56,668 bases of DNA, filler included, from Squatina squatina (GCA_031763465.1; 3 parts of 2 records of this genome joined end to end with filler, not necessarily neighbours in it), one strand, 5' to 3'; shown: positions 11,487-24,205, counted from the first letter of the whole stretch. Translations and numbers: made by a program. The notes: generated by a model not told the origin, from the letters alone.

Positions 11487-11714
11487 CTCCTGCTCACCAC
11501 CGCTCCAGACAATGTGCTTCAGATTCAGCACAAGTTCTTTCCCCGGAAGTGCTGAGCCATTATAATGTCCAACTATCTTTACTTCAACAACACCATCTTC
11601 ATTCATTTGCCAGTTTACAAAGTCGTACCCGGCTACTGGGTTGCCGCTGTCATCAAAATACACCTTCTCACCAGTTTTCGTTGTGAAACGTACGGACTTC
11701 ATGTAATGGAGCAG
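11487..11714 (-). CDS. V2R/OlfC gene D, exon 4 equivalent (228 nt)
   Basis: ag|LLHYMKSVRFTTKTGEKVYFDDSGNPVAGYDFVNWQ...VGHYNGS...IVWSGGEQE|gtaggt; phase 0 at both ends. Confidence 0.95.
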
Positions 11715-11897
11715 CTTTAGAAAATAATAGGACAGATTTCTTTAGGCACTTTACATTGAAACAGCGCTTTTTATACTTGAAGATGATGTCGTTCGGACAA
11801 TATATCCCAAAAACCTATTTCACAGACATTACTTGTGACATTGAACGACTTATTTTGCCATGATAATGAATGAAATTAAATGGGGTATATTCCCTAC

Positions 11898-12731
11898 CTG
11901 CCACGGTTGAAAGTGTGGAATATTTGCACAAGTATTCTTTATAAATGGCCCTTTGCCATTTTCACACGAAAACATGTTGTGCAGCGAGTGTGCGAAAGTA
12001 TAGACTGCTTTATATACATTGTAGGAACTTCCGTCCTTCGATAGGTCAGTATAGACGTTGTATATTTCATTCAGAGTTTCATTTCCGGTGCACTGAGGAA
12101 GTTGAGAAGGTGAACCTACTTGGCTTCTGTTTTTATCTAATATCAGAGCGCACCTGAACGTCGTTTCCCAAAACTCCCTCACTAAACTATTACCCGGAAA
12201 CATAGAAGGATGGACCCTGAGCAGGAAGTCCTGCAGACCTGGGACTTCTACCGCTCGCACTGAAGTTCCGATTGCCCCGGTGAGGAACCTCGATCTTTTA
12301 TTTGGAGCAATAATATCCGTTGTGATCCAAGCTTCGCTTCCTATCCACTGTATTCCAGTGAGGTTTTGACGTAAAATCTCATCAAATAAAACACGCATTT
12401 CTCCCGGAGATGCAAAAGCCACCACGACTTTTGTGGTCGACGCTTTTATTATTTGTACAAGTTTTGTAATTTTTTCTGCAGGATCGGTTCTGTGAAACGA
12501 TTCGGAGAAGGCCGTGCAAATGTCGAAATTCACCGCGGCTTCTAGAAACGCTTTCATTCCCGAGTTGCCATAGTCATTGTTGCTGCTAATGGTTCCAATC
12601 CAAGTCCATCCAAACCTCTTGACCAGTTGAACTAAAGCCTTGGATTGATGGTAGTCACTTGGTATTGTTCTATAAAAGGTTGGATATTGATTCCTATTAC
12701 TGAGACAGACGCACGTGGAAAAGTAACTAAC
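11898..12731 (-). CDS. V2R/OlfC gene D, large Venus-flytrap exon (834 nt)
   Basis: ag|VSYFSTCVCLSNRNQYPTFYRTIPSD...FGWTWIG...NDYG...GSEAW...CENGKGPFIKNTC...FQPWQ|gtaggg. Exons 3-6 lie in one contig and join in an open frame; exons 1-2 are not in the window. Confidence 0.96.
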
Positions 12732-12880
12732 CTGCATTCAATCAAATAGGAAATAAAATTAAAACAGGTCATTGGAATGCGGGTGAAATAAGTATATTTC
12801 ACACTTCCAAATATTCTAAATACATTGGAATCAGAAAAATTACTATGACCCCAGCAGCACATTTAGTGAGACAGCAAAAA

Positions 12881-12990
12881 CACCTTTACCCTTTGATAAC
12901 TTCACCTTTACCCTTTGATAACTTCAACTTTACCCTTTGGTAACGTCACGTTTATTAGCTGATAACTTCACCTTTACCCTTTGGTAACTT
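12881..12990. repeat. 22-bp tandem repeat, 5 units
   Basis: cacctttaccctttgataactt at 12881 and 12903, variants at 12925, 12947 and 12969. Confidence 0.9.
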
Positions 12991-13123
12991 CAAGGAAGCA
13001 ACATAAAGATACAGACAAGAAAGAAATTGCATTTATATCGGGATTTCCATGAACATGTGACATGTGAGCCCACTTTACAGCCAATGAAGCACATTGGACC
13101 TGTAGCCAAACAGCCAACACCCA

Positions 13124-13415
13124 ATGTTTGCGGGCAAAATTAAAGCACATGGGATTGGGGGTAATGTACTGACATGGATACAGAACTGGTTGGCAGACAG
13201 GAAACAAAGAGTAGGAATAAACGGGTCTTTTTCCGAGTGGCAAGCAGTGACCAGTGGGGTACCGCAAGGATCAGTGCTAGGACCCCAGCTATTCACAATG
13301 TATATTAATGATTTAGATGAGGGAACTAAATGTAATACCTCCAAGTTTGCAGATGACACAAAGCTGGGTGGGAGTGTGAGCTGTGAGGAGGATGCAGAGA
13401 AGCTCCAGTGTGATT
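13124..13415 (+). mobile_element. CR1 LINE reverse transcriptase fragment, open frame
   Basis: [26 protein letters not shown]...[20 protein letters not shown]...[10 protein letters not shown]; runs into a gap. Confidence 0.93.
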
Positions 13416-13515
13416 NNNNNNNNNNNNNNNNNNNNNNNNNNNNNNNNNNNNNNNNNNNNNNNNNNNNNNNNNNNNNNNNNNNNNNNNNNNNNNNNNNNNN
13501 NNNNNNNNNNNNNNN

Positions 13516-14336
13516 CGAGAGAACACAGGAAAGTATAAACCCATTAGTTTTACATCTGTTGTGGACAAGCTATTGGAATCTATCATTAAAGACAGAGTGA
13601 TTGAGCTGATTAGAGAGAATCAACATGGATTTGTAATGAGCAGATCTTGGCTAACAAACAACGGAATTTTTTGAGGAAGCAACTAAAGCAACAGGCACGG
13701 GAATGTCTGTGGATGTAGTTTATATGGGCTTCTATAGAAGGCATTTGATAAAGTTCCACATAAGAGGCTGTTAGCTAAAATTAAAGCTCATGGAATTGAA
13801 GGCAAATTATTAATCTGGTTAGGTGGTAGAAGACAGAGAGTAGGGTATGTACTCAAATTGGAAGGAAGTAACTACTGGTGTCCCACAAAGATCTGTGCTG
13901 GGGCCCCAACTATTTACTATACTTATTAACAACTTAGATAATACAATAGAGAGCCATATACCCAACTTTGTCACTGACTCAAAGATTGGCAGTATAGTCA
14001 GTTGTGTGGACCGAAGCATAAAGTTACAATGAGACAGCGATAGATTAAGTGAACGGGACAAAGTGTGGCAGTTGGATTTCAATGCAGATAAGTGTGAGGT
14101 CATTCATTTTGGACCCAAAAAAGGTAGATTCCAGTATTACTTAAATAGTGAAAAGCTAGGAACAGTGGAGGTTATAACTGTAAAATCCGAGCCAGGCCAT
14201 TCAGGAGAGAAGTTTGGAAACACTTTTTCACGCAAAGGGTGGTAAAAGAGTGGAACTCTCCACCACAAAAATCAGTAGATGCTAGCTTAATTAATAATTT
14301 TAAATCGAAGATTGACAGATTTTTGGTAGACAAGGG
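13516..14336 (+). mobile_element. Degenerate CR1 LINE (RT region, internal deletion, 3' end)
   Basis: Broken [25 protein letters not shown] and WQLDFNADKCEVIHFG motifs. Confidence 0.85.
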
Positions 14337-14969
14337 NNNNNNNNNNNNNNNNNNNNNNNNNNNNNNNNNNNNNNNNNNNNNNNNNNNNNNNNNNNNNNNN
14401 NNNNNNNNNNNNNNNNNNNNNNNNNNNNNNNNNNNNGCCCGCTTTACATTGTAATTGATTTTATTGCCCTTTGCCGAAGACTAATTTCACCCCCATGTCC
14501 TTTCGCTCCTGGTAGAACACTTGGGGCTCCCATTTAAACACACCAACACGCCATTATAATTCTAACTAAGGTATTGAGCTGCCAGCAACGAATTAACGCT
14601 GTGAACAATCTTGTAAAGTTAGCACTTTTTGCTGCCGCTCAAATATTTGACATTTGGGGGTACATTTTCTATTTACTCTGAAAACCCACATTGCGGATTG
14701 GACACCCATTCTAGAAACCTCCTAATTTTCATTCCCAATGGTTTCTATAATGGATAACTGATCCACAATGCCAGTTTTATGCCCAGGCTACAAGTTGAAA
14801 GCTCTACCCTTTGGGGGCATTCTTGTGTTGATATAACTCTGCCCCTCATCTTCATCCTGTACAGAGAAAGATAAAAATTAGGCTTTTCAAAGTTTTGTAC
14901 TTTTTTTTTGTAATCTTTATTATGGAACAGAGATCTTTTCAAATCTAAAGTGGTTGAATTCAACCCTAG

Positions 14970-15416
14970 GCTGGAAATGAATGCCCTACTCCATCAAAAG
15001 GAGCTGGAGAACGCTCATCGTAAGGGACTATTGGGAATGGAAGTGCCTTTGCTTTATCCTGGCATTTCAACAGATGCCATTACTTTCCACAACAGACAAA
15101 GGCCACCCAAAGGTCAGCATCCCAGTGAAGCCTTCCTCCATCAAAACACACTGAGTGACATTAGTGTTGGTAATGGCCTGTTGGTGACATCCAATCCATA
15201 CCCTCCAATGAGCACATTGCACAGAGATAGAAATCGGAGAGGCGCAAGAAGGGTAGCCAGACTGAAGAGCGCAGAAGGTGACTTGAATGGTTTCAAAGGC
15301 CCTTCAGAAGGCAAGCAGCCAAACTGCACCTCTGCGGAGCAGGAGAAGGAGACTGGATGCGAATATGAAGCAATGACAGACCTATCGGCCAAACCTAGCC
15401 AAAACAAAATGGACAC
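14970..15416 (+). CDS. SAMD7: SAMD7 large internal exon, 3' end in a gap
   Basis: RLEMNALLHQKELENAHRKGLLGMEVPLLY... resembles recalled SAMD7 (EMEMYAIYQQRRMEKINPKGLAGLGIPFLY); lies upstream of SEC62 on the same strand as in human. An alternative in-phase acceptor is at 14931. Confidence 0.72.
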
Positions 15417-16013
15417 NNNNNNNNNNNNNNNNNNNNNNNNNNNNNNNNNNNNNNNNNNNNNNNNNNNNNNNNNNNNNNNNNNNNNNNNNNNNNNNNNNNN
15501 NNNNNNNNNNNNNNNNACATTACAACAGTGACTGCACTTCATTGGCTCTAAAGCACTTTGGGACGTTCTGAGGTTGTGAAAGGCGCTATGTAAATGCAAC
15601 GTTTTCTTTCTTTTGCTGCGTTCTTGTTCAATTTATAATAAAATCAATGGACATTTATTTAATTTGGGGGATTATTTGTGGTTTTACATGATTGTCACAA
15701 TGAGAAGCAGTGTTAAAGTGTAAATGCTGAGTACTTATTGCATGTGTGCCCATAACTTCAGTTAAAGGACCTTTCTGCAGAACCCAGCAGGCCTGTCTAT
15801 TTCAGCAAAGGTGCACACTGAGCGTGCTGTAGATTCTCCATGTTGTCATTCAGTGCACATGTTGATTAAGATCCATTTTCTTCTTAAATCTGTCTTTGGT
15901 AATGAGCGATGCTGGGCAGGGCAGTCCCAAGTCAAAAACCTTAATGAGTCAAAATGCAATAGTTCCCACTAGAATGTGCTGATTGTGTGCAAATTGTCTC
16001 TTTGTTTTTTAAG

Positions 16014-16122
16014 GAGGTTGGGGAACCAACTAAAGAGGAGAAAGCAGTGGCCAAGTATTTGCGCTTCAATTGCCCAACCAAGTCCACCACCATGATGGGC
16101 CACAGAGTTGATTATTTCATTG
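16014..16122 (+). CDS. SEC62: SEC62 exon 2 (109 nt)
   Basis: ttttttaag|EVGEPTKEEKAVAKYLRFNCPTKSTTMMGHRVDYFI|gtaaga, nearly identical to the SEC62 N-terminus. Confidence 0.97.
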
Positions 16123-16223
16123 GTAAGAAATTATTGCATTGCAAGAAATAAAAACGGTTTGGATAGCTGCAAAATGCATGCACTTGTGTACTTGTGTGTT
16201 TATGTGTACCTGTGTTTGTGTAC

Positions 16224-16226
<3 letters not shown>

Positions 16227-16262
<36 letters not shown>
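16227..16262. repeat. (TG)n microsatellite
   Basis: Uninterrupted TG run after degenerate TG-rich sequence. Confidence 0.95.
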
Positions 16263-16263
<1 letters not shown>

Positions 16264-16344
16264 ATGCATGCACCCCTGTACATCATCTCTTGGCGAACTT
16301 ACTCAATTGGGACCCGTTAAATACAGAATCGATTCTGACATTAG

Positions 16345-16619
16345 AACCATAGAACCATTCAGCCCATCCTGCCTGTGCCGGCTATTTTGGTAGAGCTATC
16401 CAACTAGTCCCACTCCCCTGCTCTTTCCCCATAGCCCAGCAAACCTTTTCACTTCAGATATTGATTGTCTCTTTTGAAGGTCACTGTTGAATCTGCTTCC
16501 ACCACCCTTGCAGGCAACACATTCCAGATCACAACAACTCGCTGCATAAAATTGTTTCCTCATCTCCCCTCTGGTTCTTTTGCCAATCACCTTAAATCTG
16601 TGTCCTCTGGTTACTGACC
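16345..16619 (-). mobile_element. CR1-type LINE 3' end
   Basis: ccattcagcccatc...tagtcccactcccctgctctttccccatagccc...gccaatcaccttaaatctgtgtcctctgg. Confidence 0.8.
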
Positions 16620-18675
16620 NNNNNNNNNNNNNNNNNNNNNNNNNNNNNNNNNNNNNNNNNNNNNNNNNNNNNNNNNNNNNNNNNNNNNNNNNNNNNNNNN
16701 NNNNNNNNNNNNNNNNNNNGAAAGCATTCCTTCTGGAGTGCTTTGAATGGAATCTGTTTCAGGTGTATGAACACTAGCCTGCCTGCCTGACTGTAATTTT
16801 CACATTGCATGTAATTGTGAGTGTACAAGATCGTCACTAACCAGAGAGGTGTAGACTTTCCCACAGAGGCAACACAAACCATAGTCTCCTTAATGTTTTA
16901 CAAAGACTGGAGAAGTTAAGCAGGCTGCAGTTTGAGCGAGCTTTTACCACGTTACTCAGTATATTGTAAAATGTCATGCATAATGTAGCATTTTACAGGC
17001 CGCTGTAGTCCTTTCTACCCCCTCCGCTCAAACACACATTACACCCGCCTATTAGAAATGACAAACCTGTTTAATTTGAACAGTGTTCAGTCAGTTTCAA
17101 GCCCTCCCGCATCACCAGACCTCTGGCGCATTATTGGTGGCTGATGTATCGAGTTAAATGTGGAACTTCACTGGTTTCCATCATCGGCTCATCGTGCAGT
17201 AACTGAGCTCTGACATTTCGCAGAGCGCCCTGAGCGTGGACCACACAACTTTGTAGTTAACTGTTTAATTGATAATTAAACTATAGCACAGAAAAGAAAT
17301 ACTTGGTAGTGTAGGAATTTTCTATATTCATATGCTTTTCCTAATGAGATGATGAAGCATTTTTTTTTCTGTTATCATGTCTCTTTCCTGGAGAAAGATT
17401 TGCCGGCGTGCCAGTGGTTTTTCTGGTAGTGAGAATCTCGACCTGCTCTCAAATGGTATTTGAGTATTCGTACATCGTATAGTGTAGCTACAGGCCAGTG
17501 CTATGTCGTGTATATTGCAGCGGAGAGAGAGAGGGGGGAAATGCTTGCTCCTTGCTCTTGTTCAAACCCAGTTATGTCCATATTTGGATTGATATATAAT
17601 TTAAAGACTTGTCTTTATGATTACTGGAACATTATTTAAACAATAACTNNNNNNNNNNNNNNNNNNNNNNNNNNNNNNNNNNNNNNNNNNNNNNNNNNNN
17701 NNNNNNNNNNNNNNNNNNNNNNNNNNNNNNNNNNNNNNNNNNNNNNNNCCCTCTACAGTCCAACAGCAACGGGAACAGAATTTCTTACAGACTCTCTCAA
17801 GTTGTCTCTCTTTCCCGAAGTCTAATTGTCGGTCTTCATCGCCCCATTTCTTCTCCGATCTGCAATTAAAGCAGGCTGCTATGCTACGTCTATACTCTGC
17901 CTGGCTATTCTGACCCTGGATTTGAGTCTTGGGTGGTAAACTGCTAAAGCAAAACACAAACATAGAGAGAATACAGGCCAAATACCTGGAAGAGCGAGGA
18001 GGCATATAGCAGTGTGCCATCACCACCCAGACAAATGATTAGGTCTATGTAGCCAGATAACTCATCGTAACCTGAAATTTAAAACAAAATGACTTAGCCA
18101 AACAGTCAGTAAGCAATATTCAATCACTCGCTCCAGCTATTACTTCAGAAAAATGATGCAAATACCCGAACAAATGTCTGGTCAACCAGCCAGGGCCATT
18201 TCGAGTCCTCCAGTTAAAGTTTTAGCACAAATTTAGGCAGATCCTCAGAAGTAGATGAGGAAAGCCATCTAGACTTCTTGATATACGACTACTAGGCAAT
18301 AGAGAAATTACACAGTGAGTCTGTCAGCAGCTGAATAAGGGCAAGTTAGGTGAACAGTTCATGTAACATTGGGTTTTCAGAAAGGGTCTCTACGCAGAAC
18401 ATTAACTTATCGCTTCTCTGCTCAGATGGACTCTTCTTCACATCGCAATGTTTAGCCTAGCTCTTCCCTTTTCATAGGACGACTGATCTGCATTTCCAGT
18501 ATTTATCGGTCTGCTCTTCAAGTGGTCGTCTACAAACAGGGATGCAAGCCCTCCCATCTCACCTTCTCGGAAAGTGCTGAGCTGTTGCCTGATGGGTTCA
18601 AAGGCTGTGTCTTTCGCAAGCGCGGCATCATCCACCACCTTCTTCTCAACAAACTTCTTGGTGCACAATAGGCAC

Positions 18676-18845
18676 AGAAACAGAAGTTGGAGCAGGAGTT
18701 GGCCCTTCGAGTCTGCTCCGCCATTCAGTAAGAGCCTGGCTGATCTTCTAACTCAATTCCACGTTCCCCTACTCTCCCCATATCCCTTGATATCCAAAAA
18801 TCTATAGATCTCGGTCTTGAATATACTCAACGACTGAGCATCCAC
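18676..18845 (-). mobile_element. CR1-type LINE 3' end
   Basis: gagcaggagttggcc...ctccgccattca...ttgaatatactcaacgactgagcatccac; same family as 45185-45735. Confidence 0.75.
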
Positions 18846-19926
18846 NNNNNNNNNNNNNNNNNNNNNNNNNNNNNNNNNNNNNNNNNNNNNNNNNNNNNNN
18901 NNNNNNNNNNNNNNNNNNNNNNNNNNNNNNNNNNNNNNNNNNNNNCCACAAGTATGCAGTTGGCAAGCTCCGATAAACTTTATTAAAAGTATAACTCTTG
19001 TTTAAGAGTCAGCAAACAGCTTGTGATGACTCCAAAATTCCGAGGCATATTGTAGTTCTTGTGTCTGCGCATATTTCACATCATAATGTTTAGTTTGGTT
19101 CAGTTCCTGATGGTATTTATACAGGGCAATCTAGTTTGGCTTGGCAGTGCGTTAATAACAGGGACCTGTAGTGTACACAGCAGACGACTCCCACTGTCTG
19201 AGCTGGGTGCCAAATGGAAAGAACCCCATCACCATTTACTTTACACCCTATTGGTTTTCTCCCCACAGAGCTTCAAAAGAAATGGCTGGATGCTTTTCAA
19301 GGTTCTGTGCATACAAGAAAGCTTGGCAGATCTGCCAATCTGATACAGATCACTTTCATCACATCTTCTGGCCACATCCTTGATGGGGAACTATTAAAAC
19401 GGACAGATCTGGTTCAGCTCTGAGGTCATACACAACTTTGGAAACAGTGTTTTATGCCTGGGAGCAATCAGTGATGCTAAATGAGGAACTATTTTGTCCT
19501 GGGCAATAAGCTGCATATAAATAACTGGTGAAAATCTGCTGTAACTCCTGCAGTCTGCCCCACAGCTAGATTCTTGCAATAAGGCACTAAAAGCTGGAAA
19601 TGACACAGCAGGCAGTTCAGCATCTGAAATGGCAGCAATGGAGATCTTAGCTTGATTTGACCACATGACTCCCTTAAAAGTCCAAGGGTGCCCAATTCGT
19701 CCTTTTTTTCTGGAGTTAAACTGGCGCTAAATGGGCATTAAGGGCTTAACGCGGATTTTGGGCGCTAAATTTAACCATGGGTGCTGCACTAACGGTCGAA
19801 TGGGTACTCATCCGACATCACATGCGNNNNNNNNNNNNNNNNNNNNNNNNNNNNNNNNNNNNNNNNNNNNNNNNNNNNNNNNNNNNNNNNNNNNNNNNNN
19901 NNNNNNNNNNNNNNNNNNNNNNNNNN

Positions 19927-20784
19927 GGACGTCCACTGGTGGCGACGGCTGGACTTGAAGATTCACGGCAATGGTCTGGGGCGGGGAAAGAGCCTGAAAG
20001 GGCATTTGAATCAGTGCCTGGGCTGCTGGGAGCTGTTCCCGCGAATGTAGCACTGTCTGTGGCAGTACGTGTGTGGGGGAAACAATCTCGGGTGGTACCG
20101 TTAGGGACTGCACTGACTGAAAGGGCAGCCGCTGGAGGTGGGCTGGGGCCGACGACGGGACCTCTTGCGAAGGCGACACTGGGGTTGGATTCTGCTGCTG
20201 TGCAGGCAAAGGTGCCCCGTGCGGCGTCACTGGGCTTGCCTGCCGCACGGGTCCGATCTGAGCCACTGGGGAGCGACGGGCTGGCGTCAGGTGTGGCGGG
20301 CTCGTCTGCACCTGGGCCGAAGCTGCCTGCTGGCTGGTGCCCAGCGGCAGGGGCGCGTGAGCCAGCGTGGGGGACTGCGCCTGTATCAGTGCCTGCGGCT
20401 GTATGATGATGGTGGACGAGGACGGGCTAGGCGGTGACTGAGAAGGCACCGGAGACACCACGACCNNNNNNNNNNTCTGCTGCTGGCTCTGAGGGTGAGA
20501 GTGGGCCGAGGGCTGGCTCAGTGGGTGGCTGTGGGCCTGGGTCGATATGCAATGTGGTGACTGGGAAGAGGCCTGGATTAGCGGGTGGCCGTGGGCCTGG
20601 ATTGCCAGGCAGTGCTGAGACTGCGGAGAGTCGGAAGCTTGAAGTGCCAGAGGCTGCAGTTGGTGTCTGTGCTGGATCTGCTGCTGCTGAATAATTAGCT
20701 GATGATGTGCTTGTGTCGTCACTTGGTGCAATGGAATCTGCTGCTGTTTCATCAGCTGGTGTGGCTGAATCGGGGTATAGGGCG
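19927..20784 (-). CDS. PHC3: PHC3 (polyhomeotic 3) large Gln/Pro/Ser-rich exon; 3' end in a gap, 11 internal Ns
   Basis: Acceptor tcctctccag; APYTPIQPHQLMKQQQIPLH...HHQLIIQQQQ...VVVSP...TIIIQPQALIQ...LPAAQALIQMPFQALSPPQTIAVNLQVQP matches recalled PHC3; synteny agrees. Confidence 0.92.
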
Positions 20785-21737
20785 CTGGAGAGGACAAACA
20801 ACAGAGTTAACAGAGACAGCAAGATCGTTTTCCTTTGTAAATTAACTCCAGTTCTTAAGAGAGGCTCCACAAAAATAATAGACCTCATTATCAGGACAAC
20901 TGTTATTATCAAAGGCGCAAAACATCACAATTAACATGAATATAGATATTTTTCCATTTTGACTGATTTCTTAGAATTACATAACCGAGGATACTATCTT
21001 GGAGAATTCTTCCAGTGAAAGGGAGTTGAATTGCATTCATTGGTTTCATCATTAATCTAAGTGATTTTTTTTTTTAATATTTGTGGNNNNNNNNNNNNNN
21101 NNNNNNNNNNNNNNNNNNNNNNNNNNNNNNNNNNNNNNNNNNNNNNNNNNNNNNNNNNNNNNNNNNNNNNNNNNNNNNNNNNNNNNGGGGATGACGATTC
21201 GTGGTGGGGCTAGAAACAGAACCTCTGGGACATAAATGCTCGCTACAGTTCACAATAAAGTTGCTCAGCGGAAGAGCAGCAGTCTGACTGAGTCTTTGTA
21301 TGTAAATTGTACTGTGCCAATATTAGCGTAACAACTCAAGAGGCCATTCCACAGTCTCCAGCGTGCCTCCAGCGGGAAGCCCAGCTCGCCAGGAGTGTAA
21401 TGTAGGAACCCGCGGCCTCGCAGCTCGAGAATTTCCCTCTGTTTGTTTTAAGTTATGGGCTGTCCCTCCGTGATTTCCCACTGGCGGCACAGGATCCTGG
21501 GGCAGTCCCTTAAAGCACTGGAACGAAACCTGCAATCTTAACGGAGCAATTAACCATTTAAAAAGCCAAAACAGGTAATGAAGCCTCTTGTTAAAATCAC
21601 ATCCAAAGACATTTCGTGTGAATCCAGTCACACCTGCCAATGCCGCGGTTTGCCCCTGTAAAGGTGGGTCCGAGAAGATTGGCAAGAACCACATCAGTAT
21701 TAGCACTCAGATATCAAGAGGGTTACTGGTGACTCAC

Positions 21738-21806
21738 TGAGGTCTGTGACACACTGGATTGCTGGGTGATGCTCCCTGGCGGTGAAGAAGACTGACGCCC
21801 GCCTGC
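21738..21806 (-). CDS. PHC3: PHC3 small N-terminal-region exon (69 nt)
   Basis: ttttcag|AGGRQSSSPPGSITQQSSVSQTS|gtgagt, compared with recalled human SGRPSTSPTGSVTQQSSMSQTS. Confidence 0.87.
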
Positions 21807-24073
21807 CTGAAAATGGAGTATGAAGAATAATCAGATACATTCAAATTGGCTAAAGAGCCCAGCCGCCAATACTGGGGGATGTAGGGCACCTGTCTCTGGG
21901 GCCCTAGTTACGCACAACCCACCCCACTTCACTGATACCTTTCCCAAATGCAACTGGAATATATATATTACCTGCAAGATGTAGCACAATTTAATAACCA
22001 TTCGTCCATTATGTTCTCAAGTTACCAGGTTAATGTAGCTGTCTTGATGATATCCCATTTAGCAAAGCTGAGTGAACCAGAGGACACAGATTTAAGGTGA
22101 TTGGCAGAAGAACCAAAGGCGACATGAGGATCAACTATTNNNNNNNNNNNNNNNNNNNNNNNNNNNNNNNNNNNNNNNNNNNNNNNNNNNNNNNNNNNNN
22201 NNNNNNNNNNNNNNNNNNNNNNNNNNNNNNNNNNNNNNNTCAGCCATGATCTCATTGACTGGTGGAGCGGACTCGAGGGGCCGAATGGCCTACTCCTGCT
22301 CCTTATTCCTTATTTCTTATGTACCATATGACACTGAGTTGAACCTAAGTTTTAAATTGAATCTTATTAAAGTAACTAAGTGGGTGTTGCGCCACATGAT
22401 GGATGATGGCGATGTGGTTTAGCAGTTACCCTGAAGCCAGCAACTCCCAGATTAGCTCATGGAAACCAGACATGCCTGCATGAGGTCAGGATAGGGGTTG
22501 GGGGATGCTGAATGGCAAAATTGTCAGTGACTTTTGAAAAACCACATCATTCGCTCCCACAATGTTAATGGAACGGGAGTTATGAGTACTTTGCCTTATT
22601 GATTTAAAACCTGGTTCACCTTTGAACTATTGGTTTCCAATCTCCTGTCTACAGCAGCTTAAAAATACAATTGGAAGGCTGAGCATTACATTTAATTGCA
22701 CCTCTTAGCAACTGGAAGAGTTTTATAAGAAGCTGTGGTGGTGAGACGGCTTCTTGGAGTGGAAGCTGACTAAAACTGAGAAAAATTAATTATCCTTTAA
22801 ACTATTACATACCTCCCCACTGAAAAGCAAATACTTCACATTCTTGCAGTCTTGCGTATCAGCATTTCTGGCACACACGTTGACTCAGTAGTATTACCAG
22901 CATGTGCCTTATGAGTAGACTGGAGGCAATTTAATTGAGGCTATGTAATCAATGCACTCAAAGAATCTCTGACTGATACCTGGAGCGAAACTAATATGCC
23001 ACTGATGAGAAGGTGGCTGCAAGCTCATATGTCACATAANNNNNNNNNNNNNNNNNNNNNNNNNNNNNNNNNNNNNNNNNNNNNNNNNNNNNNNNNNNNN
23101 NNNNNNNNNNNNNNNNNNNNNNNNNNNNNNNNNNNNNNNACCGGGGTGATGGGTGAATGGGACTTGATGCAAGTTAGGACACGGGCAGCAGAGTTTTGGA
23201 TGACCTCAATTTTATGTAGGGTATAATGTGGATTAAGTGGTTCTGTGAGTTTGCCATGGGATTAAGGGATTTAGGTTTAGCAGCAGTAAATGTTGGGTGC
23301 CAGTCACAACTCTTGGAATCAGAATTAAAACAGCACACACATAAAACCTGAGATTACCTGGTTCAATAGAGGAGGACTCTTAATGGATTATTTGGGAAAT
23401 TGATACCTGGGGGTAAGTACTTTCTGATCAAAGTACCTGTGCCTGCCTCTTCCCCATGCCAGGGGTAATTCTTAATTGGCTAATTCTGACTCTGCCCATA
23501 TCCTTGTTTGGGCAGGTACAGAATTGTAGTTCAACACTTCTCAATAAACTTCTCATAGTTTATATTGTATATATTTGCAGAAAAGGCCTCCCCACCCTCA
23601 CTTAAGAATCAGTGACACACACACACACAATAAATAGGCGTAGTGAGTCACTGGGATTCCTACAGAGCAGGAAATTTCTGTGTTGGTGCACACTGACTGT
23701 TCCACGTGTTGCCACCCCTGCGCACGGACACAAAGCAGGAAAATAAGTTCCTGAGAGCAGAGTGGAAGGGTGAGAGGCGAGAAAGCACTCGAGTTCAGAA
23801 TAGGTCAGGAGCAGGTGGATGTGCTCCCCAGCTGAGCTACACTTCATCCATCGCAGTAACTTGTGTAAAAATTCTTCCCAGTCCTCCCACTTCCAACCCC
23901 TCAAATGGTGACCTAAATTTCTAGACAAGTATATACAGTCATTAAGGTTGCAGTTTAGAAATTATGTTGGAACATTTGTTGTGGGATCTTAATAAAAAGT
24001 CAATAACCAAAGTATTTTACTTGTGCGAAACATAAACTCCTAACTAGGTTTATTTTCTCGCTCTCTCCTTCAG

Positions 24074-24205
24074 CGTGCACACTGTGCATTCTGTACTGAT
24101 CGAATCTGGGGCCTGGGTCGTCAAGGCTATAAATGCATCAACTGTAAGCTTCTGGTCCATAAGAAATGTCACAAACTGGTTACAATTGAATGCGGACGCC
24201 ATGCT
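24074..24205 (+). CDS. PRKCI: Atypical protein kinase C iota, C1-domain exon (132 nt)
   Basis: cag|[44 protein letters not shown]|gtaagt; iota-type sequence, transcribed divergently from PHC3 as in human. Confidence 0.95.

Noticed and set aside
16720-19826. GPR160, expected between SEC62 and PHC3
   Set aside because: No 7TM-like frame found; the assembly is too gapped to call it lost.
19777-20934. Plus-strand Ala/Gly-rich ORFs
   Set aside because: Antisense shadows of the low-complexity PHC3 exon.
23350-23520. Possible ancient conserved repeat (MER121/UCON-like)
   Set aside because: Resemblance is vague recall only, with no second copy in the window; needs a Dfam search.
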